Assembly: GCF_036321535.1 (NCBI RefSeq)
Contig: NC_087436.1
Span: forward strand, 62,808,001-62,872,000
DNA: 64,000 nt
DNA from: Camelus dromedarius
Lineage: Eukaryota
Direction of reading: 5' to 3'
Shown here: positions 1 to 11,599 of the stretch, one piece after another
How the letters are laid out: the number at the start of each line of letters is the position of its first letter
How positions within the stretch are numbered: position 1 is the first letter of the stretch
Made by a program: the position numbers and the translations under genes
Notes under the pieces: generated by a model
Database searches by the model: none
What the model saw: the letters and a program-made list of their open reading frames with translations, nothing else
What the model was told of the DNA's origin: nothing

Positions 1-482
1 TATTATTTGTAAGTGAACTACAGGCTTTATTCCCATTTGGCTCTTTTGTGTACAAGACATGGCTAGAGACAAAAGGATCAGTTTGAGCATGGCCCCATAC
101 ACATGTTTTTTTCTGGTTAACCCATGAAAGAATCAGTGATACTGACTATTTGGAATCTTCAGTTTCTAAGATAAATAGACTGAAGGAAATTAAACACGGG
201 TGTTTGTGAAGTGTAATGATTACAGACAAAGGAATCTAATGCTGTTTTAAGGGGGGAGAACTACTAATTAATCAGATCTTTAAGATAGACAAACAGAGCC
301 CTTAGAATAAGTTTAACAGTCCCAATAGGCCAACTGGCCAGAGAGAAGAAAAAATTTGATTTGATTGATGGAAATCATTTTGACAAGAGACAGAAATTTG
401 GTCTCTGAATATTATTTAGCTAACTTATTCGGCAGATTCTGTTTATACCTGAAAGAGAGTTTAATCGATATAATCATAGACT

Positions 483-540
483 GACACACAAACATACGTG
501 CACACACGTGCACATGCCTTACCCACACATGAACACACAT
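483..540. repeat. Degenerate (CA)n/CACGTG-containing simple repeat
   Basis: gacacacaaacatacgtgcacacacgtgcacatg...acccacacatgaacacacat. Confidence 0.6.
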
Positions 541-658
541 AGGACATGACATGCAGCTAGTAAAGAAATGATCAAATAACCAACTGCATGAAACTTAATA
601 ATTGCTTGATAGGTGGGAAAGAGTTTACCTCTCTCTTCCTTAAAAATCCCTCACTGTT

Positions 659-855
659 GTTTTTTTTTAATCGAAGTCTAGTCAGTTCACAATGTGTCAA
701 TTTCTGGTGTACAGCATAATATTTCAGTCATATATATACATACATATATTCATTTCATATTCTTTTTCATTATAGGTTACTACCAGATATTGAATATAGC
801 TCCCTGTGCCATACAGAAGAAACTTGCTGTATACCTAGTTTATATATAGCAGTTA
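659..855 (-). mobile_element. Young, 5'-truncated lineage-specific L1 3' end (~195 bp)
   Basis: Poly-T then gaagtctagtcagttcacaatgtgtcaatttctggtgtacagc; near-identical to copies at 7551 and 16784. Probable TSD ccctcactgtt (648-658) / ctcccactgtt (856-866). Confidence 0.9.
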
Positions 856-2313
856 CTCCCACTGTTCACTCTTGATTGAGAAGCATCTAACAGCACAGTC
901 AAACGGGAAGGAAGAGAAGGCTGAAAACTCACAGAGGTGCCAGGGACAGCAGCAGGAGAGAGCCTCTCCTTGCAATGGGGAAATTTGTGGGGGATACAAA
1001 TAAAAATCTTGAGGGAAAGAGTCTCCCTTCTTCAGGCTTTGCATTTGGCCTAGAGAAAATGGTGTGCATGGCAGCATCATGGTAAATATAAAAGTCAAAG
1101 ATTTAGAAAGAAATCATTTCAAACACCACAAGCGTGAATGCTACGCATGCTGCAAAATTAATGTTTCTCTCCACAAAAGTTATTTTGATACCTCCCTACC
1201 AAAACCCTTCCTATTTTTGTCAGTCTTTTAGAATTTCTCATCTGTTCTTTTCCATTTCCGAATCATTTGCAATTTTCTGCTACAATAGCTTTATCCACAA
1301 TGTTAAAAAGTAAAATACATTGACTGAAAATTTTATATATAAGCGTACAGAACTATTGATTTAAAATTCATTACGCATCAACCAGAATAGATAATTTAGC
1401 ACAGTATGGTGTTCTGACTTCAGAAATAATTTTCCAATGATTAGTCTCTCTCTCTTTTTCTATTTGTTTTCATCGTTGCTGTGAATGCATATACACCTCT
1501 TGTTTATTTGGTTCAGAGGTTTGGCGGTTCTGGGTGTCAGGAGCTGACCCATCTCTTCCACTTCTGTAAATGAGCAGCTCAACCACAGGTCTGCTCGCAT
1601 CATCAGCTGTGCTTCACTGAGCACACCGGCGAGTCTCACAGACTCCGGGTTCTTTCTTTCAGGAGCAGGCTGCTTTTGCTAAGCAATATATATGTTATCT
1701 CTCTTATTTCAGACCCTTTGCTTCTGTACATCAACGCCTAGAATTCATCTTATCAGAGAAGTCAACAGGGAAGTGGAAAATGTAGTTTAAATTGTAGGGA
1801 AAACCCAATTTTCTTTTTTTAAATGAAATGCATGAGGTTGGCCTGGCTGGTCATAGAAATTTAAAATCTCTCTCTTTACTCATGTTAGATATCTCCAAGG
1901 GGGAGATCTTCGGGACAATTTAGCATTCGTGGATTTCCTAAACAGGAAGAGAACTTTGGGGTCTTACAGGAGGTGTAGAAAGTTACGAGAACGATGCCCA
2001 CCTTTTCAAAACTCAGTCACTATTTCATTTGTACAGATTTTTAGCTGAAGCTACACAAGAGAATGAGTTTCAAGCTTTCACTATTTTTTTGTTTTAGTAA
2101 AGCAAGGGTGCAATTGAAAATCTTCCCTTTCTAGGGCAATTGATCACTTTTCTAGCTTTATGTAAGAACTTAATGTATGAACAGAAAATGAAAGTCTGAG
2201 GCTTGTAAGATTAAGATATTCAATCCTTCACCTTATTTTTACTGGTACATTAAGGATATTCATAAGTTTGCTTCATCTTCTTGTGGCAAGCCCTGTTGTG
2301 TTACTCCTGAACA

Positions 2314-2795
2314 CCGGTATACCTCTGAGACAGTTCCGCCTCGGTTCCAGACCATCACAGTAAAGTGAATATTGAAGCCACATAAATTTGTTTGGTTTTC
2401 CAGTGCATATAAAAGTTCTGTTTACACTATAATTTTGTGACTTGAAAATAGTAGTCTATTAAGTGTGTAATAGTATTATGTCTAAAAAGCAATGATTATC
2501 TAAAAAAACAAAAATTTCAGCATACTTTACTGCTAGAAAATGCTAATTATCATCTGAGCCCTCAGTGAATCACAGGATAACATCAAAGGTCACTGATCAC
2601 AAATCATCATAGCAAATATAATAATGAAAAAGTCTGAAGTACTGTGAAAATTACCAAAATGTGACACAGACTCAAAGTGAGCAAATGCTGTTAGAAAAAT
2701 GGCACTGATACACTTGCTCGACACAAGGTTGCCACAAACCTTCATTTTGTCAAATACACAATATCTGTGAAGCACAATAAAACAACGGATGCTTG
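2314..2795 (-). mobile_element. Internally deleted Tigger1-derived DNA transposon (Tigger1a-like MITE, TcMar-Tigger)
   Basis: Both Tigger1 ends present: ccggtatacctctgag...ggttccagacc at left and gaagcacaataaaacaacggatgcttg+TA at right; internal acaaggttgccacaaaccttc and cactgatcacaaatcatcatag match recalled Tigger1 consensus. Confidence 0.88.
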
Positions 2796-4249
2796 TACAG
2801 TGCTTATAAATTTTAGACTAGGTGTTCTTTCTTTTCTCACCAAAAATATTAAATAGGTTAGGGTTACTGTTTTGTTTTAGCTCCTCCCCAACTCCCCTAT
2901 AGCCCGCAGCCACAGCAAGTGGAGAGAGAGAATGAGGAGGAAGAGGAGAGCAGGCAATTTCCTGGTGAAGGTCAGCTTCTCATCACGTTACTGGAGAGAA
3001 GAATGAGAAGAGAATTTCACTGTGTGGTATTTCAGCCTAAACTCCCTGAGCAGATAGCCCTTTCTGAGCTTCAGTTCTCACTGCTCCTATCTGGAGAGTC
3101 TTCGCAACCACCCTCCAGGTCATCTCCGTAAACCTCAGACCACATTCTAGGTTCCAGTAAGTCTTTTTCCCTCCCTTTACTGGCACAGTTATTTTCCTGT
3201 GGTCAGGTATTTTTGTTTTACCAATTCAGGGCTGTTACCTAATTTTGTTTTTGATGATGCAGAGTTTTGTCCACATGACTTTGCCATCATCCAGGTATCA
3301 CTAGAATAGATCAGTCGTTATTAGGGGTGTTACTTTGTTATTGTTGTCATCATTGTTGTTGTTTTATCACTGAAATACTAATTGGTGACAGGGGAGGGAA
3401 ACAGAATAGAAACTAAACAGAATTAATCTTTCTTTGAATGTGACCTAAGGGAAAAGAAAATGAGTCAAGGGTCATTGAGTCTTTAGGGCTTCATCCTTTC
3501 TGGTAAGAATAAAGTAGCTGAGATGTGTGAGAGAAAAGGTAACAAAGGTAATATTATATGATGTGTGTATTGTGGGGGAAGTTGGCAAAACAGCCCTAGA
3601 GAACGTTGAGTTTTCTGGTTTATAAAAAGTACTTAGCAAAGTTTTGTTAAAGTAACTTGAAGGCTTCCCCATTAAAATCATTTAAAATATATAAGCATCT
3701 CCAGAGTTGGAAGGAATTGAAATCTAAGACATAAATTTGTGACAATGTTACTCAATGTGCACAAAGTCACTCAATAGAAGAAATAAGCATAAAGTAAGTA
3801 AATCTTCCCTAAGATAGTGCATTATAAAGCTAATATTGGGTATTCTAATTTTAGAGAATTATGCCATTCTAACCATTTCCATCTACTCATTATATATTAT
3901 ATATATATAGACATATATATATAGTCATCTTCTTTTCAAGTTGATAATTTAGTTTGACTCATTTACTATTCATGCTTATGAAAATGTTTTTAAATTAACT
4001 TTTAATATTCTTATCAGAAAAAACATTGGCTGTAGATATGGCTCAGATCCAAGTTGGACAAAATGGACTTTAGTTTGGACATAATGTGATTCACTTTCAG
4101 GGGATCTAATATCGTTAGATCATACTGCCGAAGATTCTATGAACTATTACATTTACTGTTTCTACTATTGAATGGCTACAAAATACACTATTTGTAAATT
4201 ATTTGATTATGCATTATGATGCTGTATGAGTGTACACACACACACACAA

Positions 4250-4537
4250 CCAAGAACATACAGGGCGGGGACCTACATCCCTGAGAGGGATCTGAAAGGA
4301 AGAGAAGGTCCATGCGGGCAGACACTTTCCCAGGGGAGTAAATGGGTCAGGCTGCAGACTGGGTGTCCTAGCCCTGATGTCATACATGGAGGACACAAAC
4401 CCCTTTGGCTGCTAGGAGAGCCACTGGGACAGACAGAAGGGCTGGAGAAGCCTAGATTCCACTCCCAAGGAGTGCTTGTGTGCTAACTTGCCAACAATCA
4501 GGGAAAAGAGAGCTTTGCATTGGCAGCTGCCACTTCC
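4250..4537 (+). mobile_element. L1 5'UTR-like GC-richer fragment
   Basis: ggcggggacctacatccctgagaggga and gggacagacagaagggctggagaagcctagattcc resemble recalled laurasiatherian L1 5'UTR motifs; abrupt GC rise. Confidence 0.6.
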
Positions 4538-5304
4538 AAAGTCCACAAATGATAAATGCTGGAGACGATGTGGGAAAAAGAGAACTCTCCTACGCTGCTG
4601 GTGGAATGTAGTTTGGTGCAGCCATTATGGAAAACAGTATGGAGATTCCTCAGAAAACTAAAAACAGACTTAACGTTTGATCCAGCAATCCCACTCCTGA
4701 GCATATATCTGGAGAGAACTCTAATTTGGAAAGATACATGCACCCCAATGTTCACAGAAGCACTACATACAATAGCCAAGACATGGAAACAACCTAAATG
4801 TCCATCGACAGATGACTGGATAAGGAAGTTGTAGTATATTTATACAATGGAATACTACTCAGCCATAAAAACAAACCAAAATAATGACATTTGCAGCAAT
4901 CTGGATGGACCTGGAGATCATCATTCTAAGTGAAATAAGCCAGAAAGAGAAAGAAAAATACCTTATGATATCACTCATGTGGAATCTAAAAAAAAAAAGA
5001 TAAATAGACTTATTTACAAAACAGAAGCAGTCTCACAGACAGAAAACAAACTTACGGTTACCAGTGGAAGAAGAGGGTAGGAAGGGTTAAATTGGGAGTT
5101 TGAGATTTGCAGATACCAACTAATACATATAAAACAGATCAACAAGTTTCTACTGTATAACAAAGGGAACTATAGTCATTATCTTGTAGTTACTTATGGT
5201 GAAAAAGAATATGAAAATGAATATATGTATTTTCATGGATGGCTGAAGCATTATGTTGTGTGCCAGAAATTGACACAACATTGTAACTGACTATACTTCA
5301 ATAA

Positions 5305-5305
<1 letters not shown>
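4538..5305 (+). mobile_element. Young L1 3' portion: ORF2 C-terminus and 3'UTR
   Basis: ORF track gives [18 protein letters not shown] and [32 protein letters not shown]...[17 protein letters not shown] (frameshifted ORF2 C-terminus); 3' end gacacaacattgtaactgactatacttcaataaa. Confidence 0.95.

Positions 5306-5339
<34 letters not shown>
5306..5339. repeat. (CA)n microsatellite, about 16 units
   Basis: Pure ac run directly after the L1 aataaa. Confidence 0.95.
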
Positions 5340-5341
<2 letters not shown>

Positions 5342-5625
5342 GATAGAGTGGCTGATTGGATACAGAAACAAGAACCTGCAATACAACAAAGAAATGGAGC
5401 CAACTCACAGATGTAGAGAACAAACTAGTGGTTACCAGTGGTAGGGTGTAATACAGAGGTGGAGGAGTGGGAGGTACAAATCTTTGGATGTAAGGTAGGC
5501 TACCTGGCTGCATTGTACAACATGGAGAATATAGTCAACATTTTGTAATAACTATAAATAGAGTATAACCTTTAAAAAGTATATTAATATATATGGAGGA
5601 AAAACAAGTAAATAAAATTTTTTTT
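5340..5625 (+). mobile_element. Older L1 (L1MA9/10-like) 3'UTR preceded by a ~45-bp ORF2 endonuclease fragment
   Basis: agatagagtggctgattggatacagaaacaagaacc (RVADWIQKQEP) then actcacagatgtagagaacaaactagtggttaccagtgg...attgtacaacatggagaatatagtcaacattttgtaataac. Confidence 0.8.
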
Positions 5626-5919
5626 AATTTTTAAAGAAATTTAAAATACTAATAGCATCTTTAAAACATATCACTTCTATACCAAATAATAAGTTCTATC
5701 ATTTCCATTCTGCAGTTTTATTACAAACTTGATTATAAAGTGATGCAGGGGTTAGGTGTGTTCTGGTTGTGCTATTACCAAAGGTATCCTACCTCAAGGA
5801 ATCCAGTATTTTTCAAAAAATAATACAATTATTTGATTGCTTTACTATGTATTTCTTAATTCAAGAAAATATTCATTTTGGAAAATACAGAATTAGACAC
5901 CCTTCCATCAAACAATAAG

Positions 5920-6600
5920 CCACTCCATCAGTTAAAGTTTTAACAACCTGCTATGTGACGATCACTGAAAAGGGAATTGCTGGACAAAACTGTCACAATC
6001 CCTGCTTTTAAATTTTTTTACTGGGAAAGTCAGATTCGAAAAGAATTATCATTATTATTTACGTAATTATTTGTATATCTGTGCTCTAAAGAATATGTGC
6101 AGGTTTATATAAGCCTAAATCCATGAAAAACAACTTAGCCTTGGGGTGTAAGAGTCAGTGGAAAAAAGGTTCCATAGGAAATGATTTTTGAGACTAGAAC
6201 TGAATAAGGAAAGTTTAACAAGGTAAAGAGAAGATGAGCATTTCAGATACGGGAATACTTGGAGATGAGAGAAAACAGATGGGGTTTAGATACAGAAGTA
6301 TGATGCTTTAGGTATTGTAAGGAGTCTAAATTGTCTTGAGAAAAATAATATAAATAAACTGGAACTAGTAAGTTTGGAAATACAGAATAACTGATTTCAT
6401 GCTAGGATTCCTAGGATCTATTAAGTATTTTCACTTATATCAACCCTGGCTATCCGCTGAAGAGTACTGAGTTGAGGAGTGACATGAAAAGGCTTACCTT
6501 TTAAGAAGTCCATATTGGATTGGGGTGGAGAAGTGAGTGGCTATGTGTAGTTATTATACTACAGCTATGGCCTGGTCTCAAGTGGTATGGTAGTAATGAA
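5920..6600 (-). mobile_element. Highly decayed L2 fragments
   Basis: Purine-rich L2-antisense-like motifs, e.g. cctgctatgtg, cctgcttttaaa, gagactagaactgaataagg, aggagtgacatga. Confidence 0.45.
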
Positions 6601-6614
6601 TTTTCAGAGATTTC

Positions 6615-6985
6615 CTAGCTGAGAATATTCAATTTTTGCTCATCTCAATTTGAAGCAATATTTCTTCAGGAGCAAGTACACAGCTAAATAAATTTACTGG
6701 GTTCCTTGGCAGTTAGGTAAAGCCATACGACTGTGTACTGGCCAAGGAAATACGTGCGAAAGTGATTGGCACCTATTCCAGCCTTGGCTCATAAAACTCT
6801 CCCACCTGTGTTCCTCTGTGCTTCCCTACAGGAGACACAGGAAACAAACTGTTGAATATGGCAGAGTCTACTTCAGGCTGGGTCACTGCCAACCTTTTCA
6901 CCAGTCCATCATTATCAGAAGAGCAAAAATCTATCACATTTGGGGCCTACTTACTACATCAGTTAGGCTATGCTAACTAATATAC
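6615..6985 (+). mobile_element. MaLR solo LTR, MLT1J-like
   Basis: ggttccttggcagttaggtaaagccatacgactgtgtactggccaaggaaat...cagccttggctcataaaactctccca...atggcagagt...ctaactaatata. Confidence 0.7.
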
Positions 6986-7220
6986 AACCTTGGATTTAAA
7001 TTTAAAAATTTGATTTTGTATACAACAATTTTAAAATCAGTTAAAGGCAGTTGATCATGGGTCACCTATTTTTTTTCTTTCAGCTAATAATTACCGTTAT
7101 CTAAGCTTGTTTTATTAATCATAGTGACATGACACTTCACCAATGCTGTTTGCATATATTGTTCACAATTATGCCCTTATATTATTTTTCAAAAGTCAGC
7201 TTTACTGGGATAAAATGTAC

Positions 7221-7550
7221 TATTTTAATTTCCTAGGGCTCCTATAACAAACTACTACAAGCTGGGTGGCTTACAGAAATTTATTCTCTCATAGTTCTGG
7301 AAGCTAGAAGTTTGAAATCAAGATGTCAGCAAGGTTCTTGAGATTCTGAGGATAAATTTTTTATGATTCTCTTTAGCTTCTGAAAATTGCCAGCAATTTG
7401 GTACTTCCTGGCCAACAGCAGTATAGCTCCAATCTCTGAGTGGCATTTTCTCTGAGTGTCTGTATCTGTGCCTTCACATGGCCTTCTTATAAGGACGTCG
7501 GTCATTAGATTTAGGGCATACCTTAACCCAGTACGATCTCGTTTTGGTTC
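7221..7550 (-). mobile_element. MaLR LTR MLT1B/C-like, left half (interrupted by young L1)
   Basis: ttcctagggctcctataacaaactactacaagctgggtggctt...agttctggaagctagaag...cttataaggacgtcggtcattagatttagggc. Confidence 0.88.
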
Positions 7551-7904
7551 TTGTTTTTTTAGTCAAAGTATAGTCAGTTATAATGTGTCAATTTCTGATG
7601 TACAACATAATGTTTCAGTCATACTGTACATACTACATACTATACATACATTTTCATGTTCTTTTTCATTCTAGGTTACTACAAGCTATTGAATATAGTT
7701 CCCTGTGCTATGCAGAAGAAATTTGTTTTTTTTTAATCTGTTTTATCTATAGTAGTTAATAAGTTAATATTTGCAAATTTCAAACTCCCAATTTATCACT
7801 TTCTACCCCCTGTACCCCTGGTAACCATAAGTTTATTTCCTATGCCTGTGAGTCTGTTTCTGTCTTATAGATAAGCTCATTAATGTCTTCTTTTCTCTTC
7901 AGCG

Positions 7905-7935
<31 letters not shown>

Positions 7936-8511
7936 TTCCACAAATAAGTGATATCGTATAGTATTCTTCTTTCTCTTTCTGGATTACTTCACTTAGAATG
8001 ACAATCTCTAGATCCAACCGTATTGCTGCAAATGGCATTATTTTATTATTTTTATAGCTAGTATACATATATAGTAGTAGTATATATATAGTATAGTATA
8101 TATACTATAGTAGTATTCCTTTGTATATATATATATATATATACCACAACTTCTTTATCCAGTCCTCTGTCAAAGGATATTTAGATTGTTTCCATGTCTT
8201 AGCTATTGTCAATAGTGCTGCTATGAACACTGGGGTATATATATCTTTTCAAATTAGAGCTCCCTCCAAATATATGCCCAGGAGTGGGATTGCTGGATCA
8301 TATGGGAAGTCTATTTTTAGTTTTCTGAGGAGTCTCCAAACTGTTTTCCATAATGGCTGCACCAAACTTCATACCCACCAACAGTGTGGAGGGTTCCCTT
8401 TTCTTCACACCCTCTCCAGCATTTATCAATTGTGGACTTTTGAATGATGGCCATTCTGGCTGGTATGAGGTGATATCTCATTGTAGTTTTGATCTGTATT
8501 TTCTGATAATT
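7551..8511 (-). mobile_element. Young L1, ~960-bp 3' end (ORF2 C-terminus and 3'UTR)
   Basis: Reverse complement is co-linear with 4538-5305 (e.g. ctccagcatttatcaattgtggactttt); internal poly-T 7905-7932. Confidence 0.95.
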
Positions 8512-8612
8512 AGCTCAATTACATCTGCAAGCAAGAATCCTACTGCCAAATAATGTCAAATTCACAGGTAACAGAGCTCGGGACTTTAACAGCTCTTTTT
8601 GGGGAACACTAT
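8512..8612 (-). mobile_element. MLT1B/C-like LTR, right half
   Basis: aattacatctgcaag...ccaaataatgtcaaattcacagg...gggactttaacagctctttttggggaacac continues the LTR broken at 7550. Confidence 0.85.
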
Positions 8613-9005
8613 ATAACAAAATTCAAAATATATATAACAAAATTCACCAGTCATGAAAATATAATTCTTTGAATTTTACTACGGAAAACACAGTATACAA
8701 ACAACATCATACTCATATAACGCTCCCTCACGCCCAACATCTTCCTCCTGATACTTTGCAGTCAGTGTATTACTGATGACAGTTTGTAGCAATACTAATC
8801 TGTATGCTCTCACAATAGTTTTGCCTATTCTAGCATGTCAGATTAATGAATCATAGGTTATAAAATATTTTGTATCTGACTTCTATCACTTAGCTCAATG
8901 CCATTAAAATTCACCTATGTTGTTGTGTGTATTTGAAATACGTGCTTTTTGTTGCTATCTAGATTTCTGTTGTAAGAGTCTGCCACAGTTCATTTATCCT
9001 TTCCT
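8613..9005 (-). mobile_element. Old L1 (L1MC/MD/ME-type) 3'UTR fragment
   Basis: atagttttgcctattctagcatgtcagattaatgaatcatag...ctgacttctatcacttagc...cctatgttgttgtgtgt. Confidence 0.7.
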
Positions 9006-9029
9006 GTGCTGTTAGAAATTTTCTGCATC

Positions 9030-9240
9030 CATGTGGGTGTGCTTCAAAATTACTCCTGTGGGACTTTGGGGGCAAGCAAAACTGACAAGACTATAAAGCT
9101 CATGCTACTTGCTGTGTTGTTAACAATAAAGTCCTTTTTTTTCTGTGCCAGAAATCTCTTGTCTTCTACCAGTAAATGTAAAACCCTGACAGGCCAATTT
9201 AATAGTTTGCAAGTCGGATAAAACACAGTTTCTTTATAAT
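9030..9240 (+). mobile_element. ERVL LTR 3' part, LTR40-like
   Basis: tgctacttgctgtg...aataaagtcctttttttctgtgccagaaatctcttgtcttctaccag...gacaggccaatttaatagtttgcaagtcggataaaa matches the recalled LTR40 R/U5 region. Confidence 0.7.
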
Positions 9241-10134
9241 CTCCATTGCTGATGCTTATTCCAGTCACTATGTCATAGGTTTAATTTTTGGCCCTGTTGT
9301 TTTTCTCATTCTATTTGTTATATATGGTTGATTTAATTTACATAAAATGTTTCAATAGATATTTATATATAAATAACTTTCAAATATTAACATGCAATTC
9401 AGATATTTTTCTTTAACTCTAAATTTGTTTATCCTATTACATATATCCTATCACCAAATATCCTATCAAATAGCCAGTTATCCTCTGATTACCAAATAAT
9501 CATAACAAATAAACTATATCCACAATTAAATTTATTAAATATTCTATACAGCATGGTTCTGATACTAAATATATCATTGAACACCACTTCCTTCACTCAT
9601 TCACTTAAAAGATTCTCCATTACTGAACCCACTCCTAATGATTAAATCTTACAGCCTCCATAACAGCAATTTATCTTTAGTCTGATGTTATTTTCCAGCC
9701 CCCTTTATTATCAAAATAATTATCAAATGTATTGCAGCAGGAAGAATAGGAAAGTTGAGGAAGAATTTAGATATTTTGATAATAAATTGACAGACTTTCA
9801 TCATTACTGAAGTAGAAGAGGAGGAAGGAAGAGAGAAACAGAGACTGAAGATGACAGTTTTTGATATGATACAGATAATTCAATTTGACAATAAATTGAG
9901 AGAAGAAATTTAACACATAAAGGAAACCTGCTATTCCTGGTTCTTTTTATCTGCATTTTCTCATTTACTTCTCATAATAAAATCATAAACTATCCATACC
10001 ACTCTTTTCCATAATTAGAAAACAAATTTCTAAGTAGCCAAGTTACTTGACTCCACACAAAGGGTCATTTTCAATAGGATTATGCTCTTTGAAAAAAGGA
10101 ACTAAACCAATAAGAATTTATATTTCAACAATAG

Positions 10135-11595
10135 CTTTTAACACTTTTATTATGAAATATAACAGAGAAAATACACAGAACAAAAATGTACAGTTCAATG
10201 ACTTAAAGCAAAAAATATTGCTACCTTCCCCAAAGACATTTCTTTATCACTCTCAATTTCTACATCCTTCTCCCTCTCTCCCACAGATAGATACTATCCT
10301 AACTTTGTGGCAATAACTTCCTTTCACACCTAAGTATCCACACTAAAAACTATAGCTTAATTTGGCCAGCATTTTGGAGCTAATATAAATGTAATAATCT
10401 AGCATGTATTACTTTCTGTCTGGCTCTTTTGCTCACTAAATATGAATAAATTGTTATTGTTTATAATTCCCTTGTTTTCATTGCTGTATAGTATTCCATT
10501 TTATTTATTTATAGCAATCTATCTAATCTGCTTTGGGTGGATATTTGAGTTGTTTCAGTTTCTGGTCTATTTTAACATCCTCCTGAATATTCAGCTGTTA
10601 AGTATCATGGAACATATATACATTAATGTCAATTGGGTATATACCTGCAAGTGGAATTGCTGTTCAAGGAGTATTTATTTGTATATTCAACTTCACTAGG
10701 TAATGTGAAATAATTTTCAAAAGGAAATTTTAACAATTTATATTCCTTCAAATAGTATATATGGGTTTCCACTGCTCCATATTTTCCCCAACATTTTTTA
10801 AAATTGTTTTCTTTTTTTTTTCAATATTGGCCATCCAGTTGAATACACATTAGCATTTCTGTGATTACTTAAAAATTGGGCACCTTTCTGTATTTATCAT
10901 CTGTCAGCTGTTCAGAATTATCTGGCCATGAACTGATTTTTTTGTGTCTCCCAACCTTCCTAAAATTGAATTCTTGATATTTTTTGCTTAGATACTTTAT
11001 ATAAGCTAGATATAGGACTTTTATAGGTTATATGGGTTTAAAATACCATGTACAATTGAGCAAAATGTATTTTCAGTCTCTAAACTATATATATTGATGA
11101 CAAGTAATTTTCAATTTTATGAAGTGAATTTATTAATATTTTTAAATGATTAATGATTATGTTTATTATCCTTTTTATATATCCCTAGATTTGTGTTACT
11201 TACATACTGTTTAGGATTTTGGCACATATGTTCATGAATGATAATGGAGTATAATTTTCTTATCTTACAATATCCTCACCTGGTTTTGGTATCAAGGCTA
11301 TGTGAGCTCCATTAAATAAATTGTGGAATGTTCTGATTTTTTTATTCTCTAGGAGATTTTTATAAGACTAGCAGAAAGTATCACTTAAATATTTGTTATA
11401 ATTTATGGTTGAAACCATATAGATATAGGGGCTCATTTGTAAAAAGAATTTTTAAATTACAGGCAGATTCTAAAATTGATATATAGATATTCAGATCACC
11501 TTGTATCATCTTTATTCTGGTATTTTCCTAGGAATTTGTCCATTTCACCAAGGTTTTCAAATATAGGGGCAAATAATTGTTCATAATTATCTTTT
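10135..11595 (-). mobile_element. Old L1ME-type 3'UTR and ORF2 fragments
   Basis: gggtatatacctgcaagtggaattgctg; ggttttggtatcaaggctatg; tttcctaggaatttgtccatttcac. Confidence 0.8.
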
Positions 11596-11599
11596 TTGC

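Noticed and set aside
4476..4834. ORFs 4476-4661 and 4556-4834 as genes
   Set aside because: Frameshifted L1 ORF2 C-terminal remnants, not host genes.
8121..8553. 108-aa and 66-aa plus-strand ORFs
   Set aside because: Antisense frames of the young L1; the same peptide type appears at 4498-4779.
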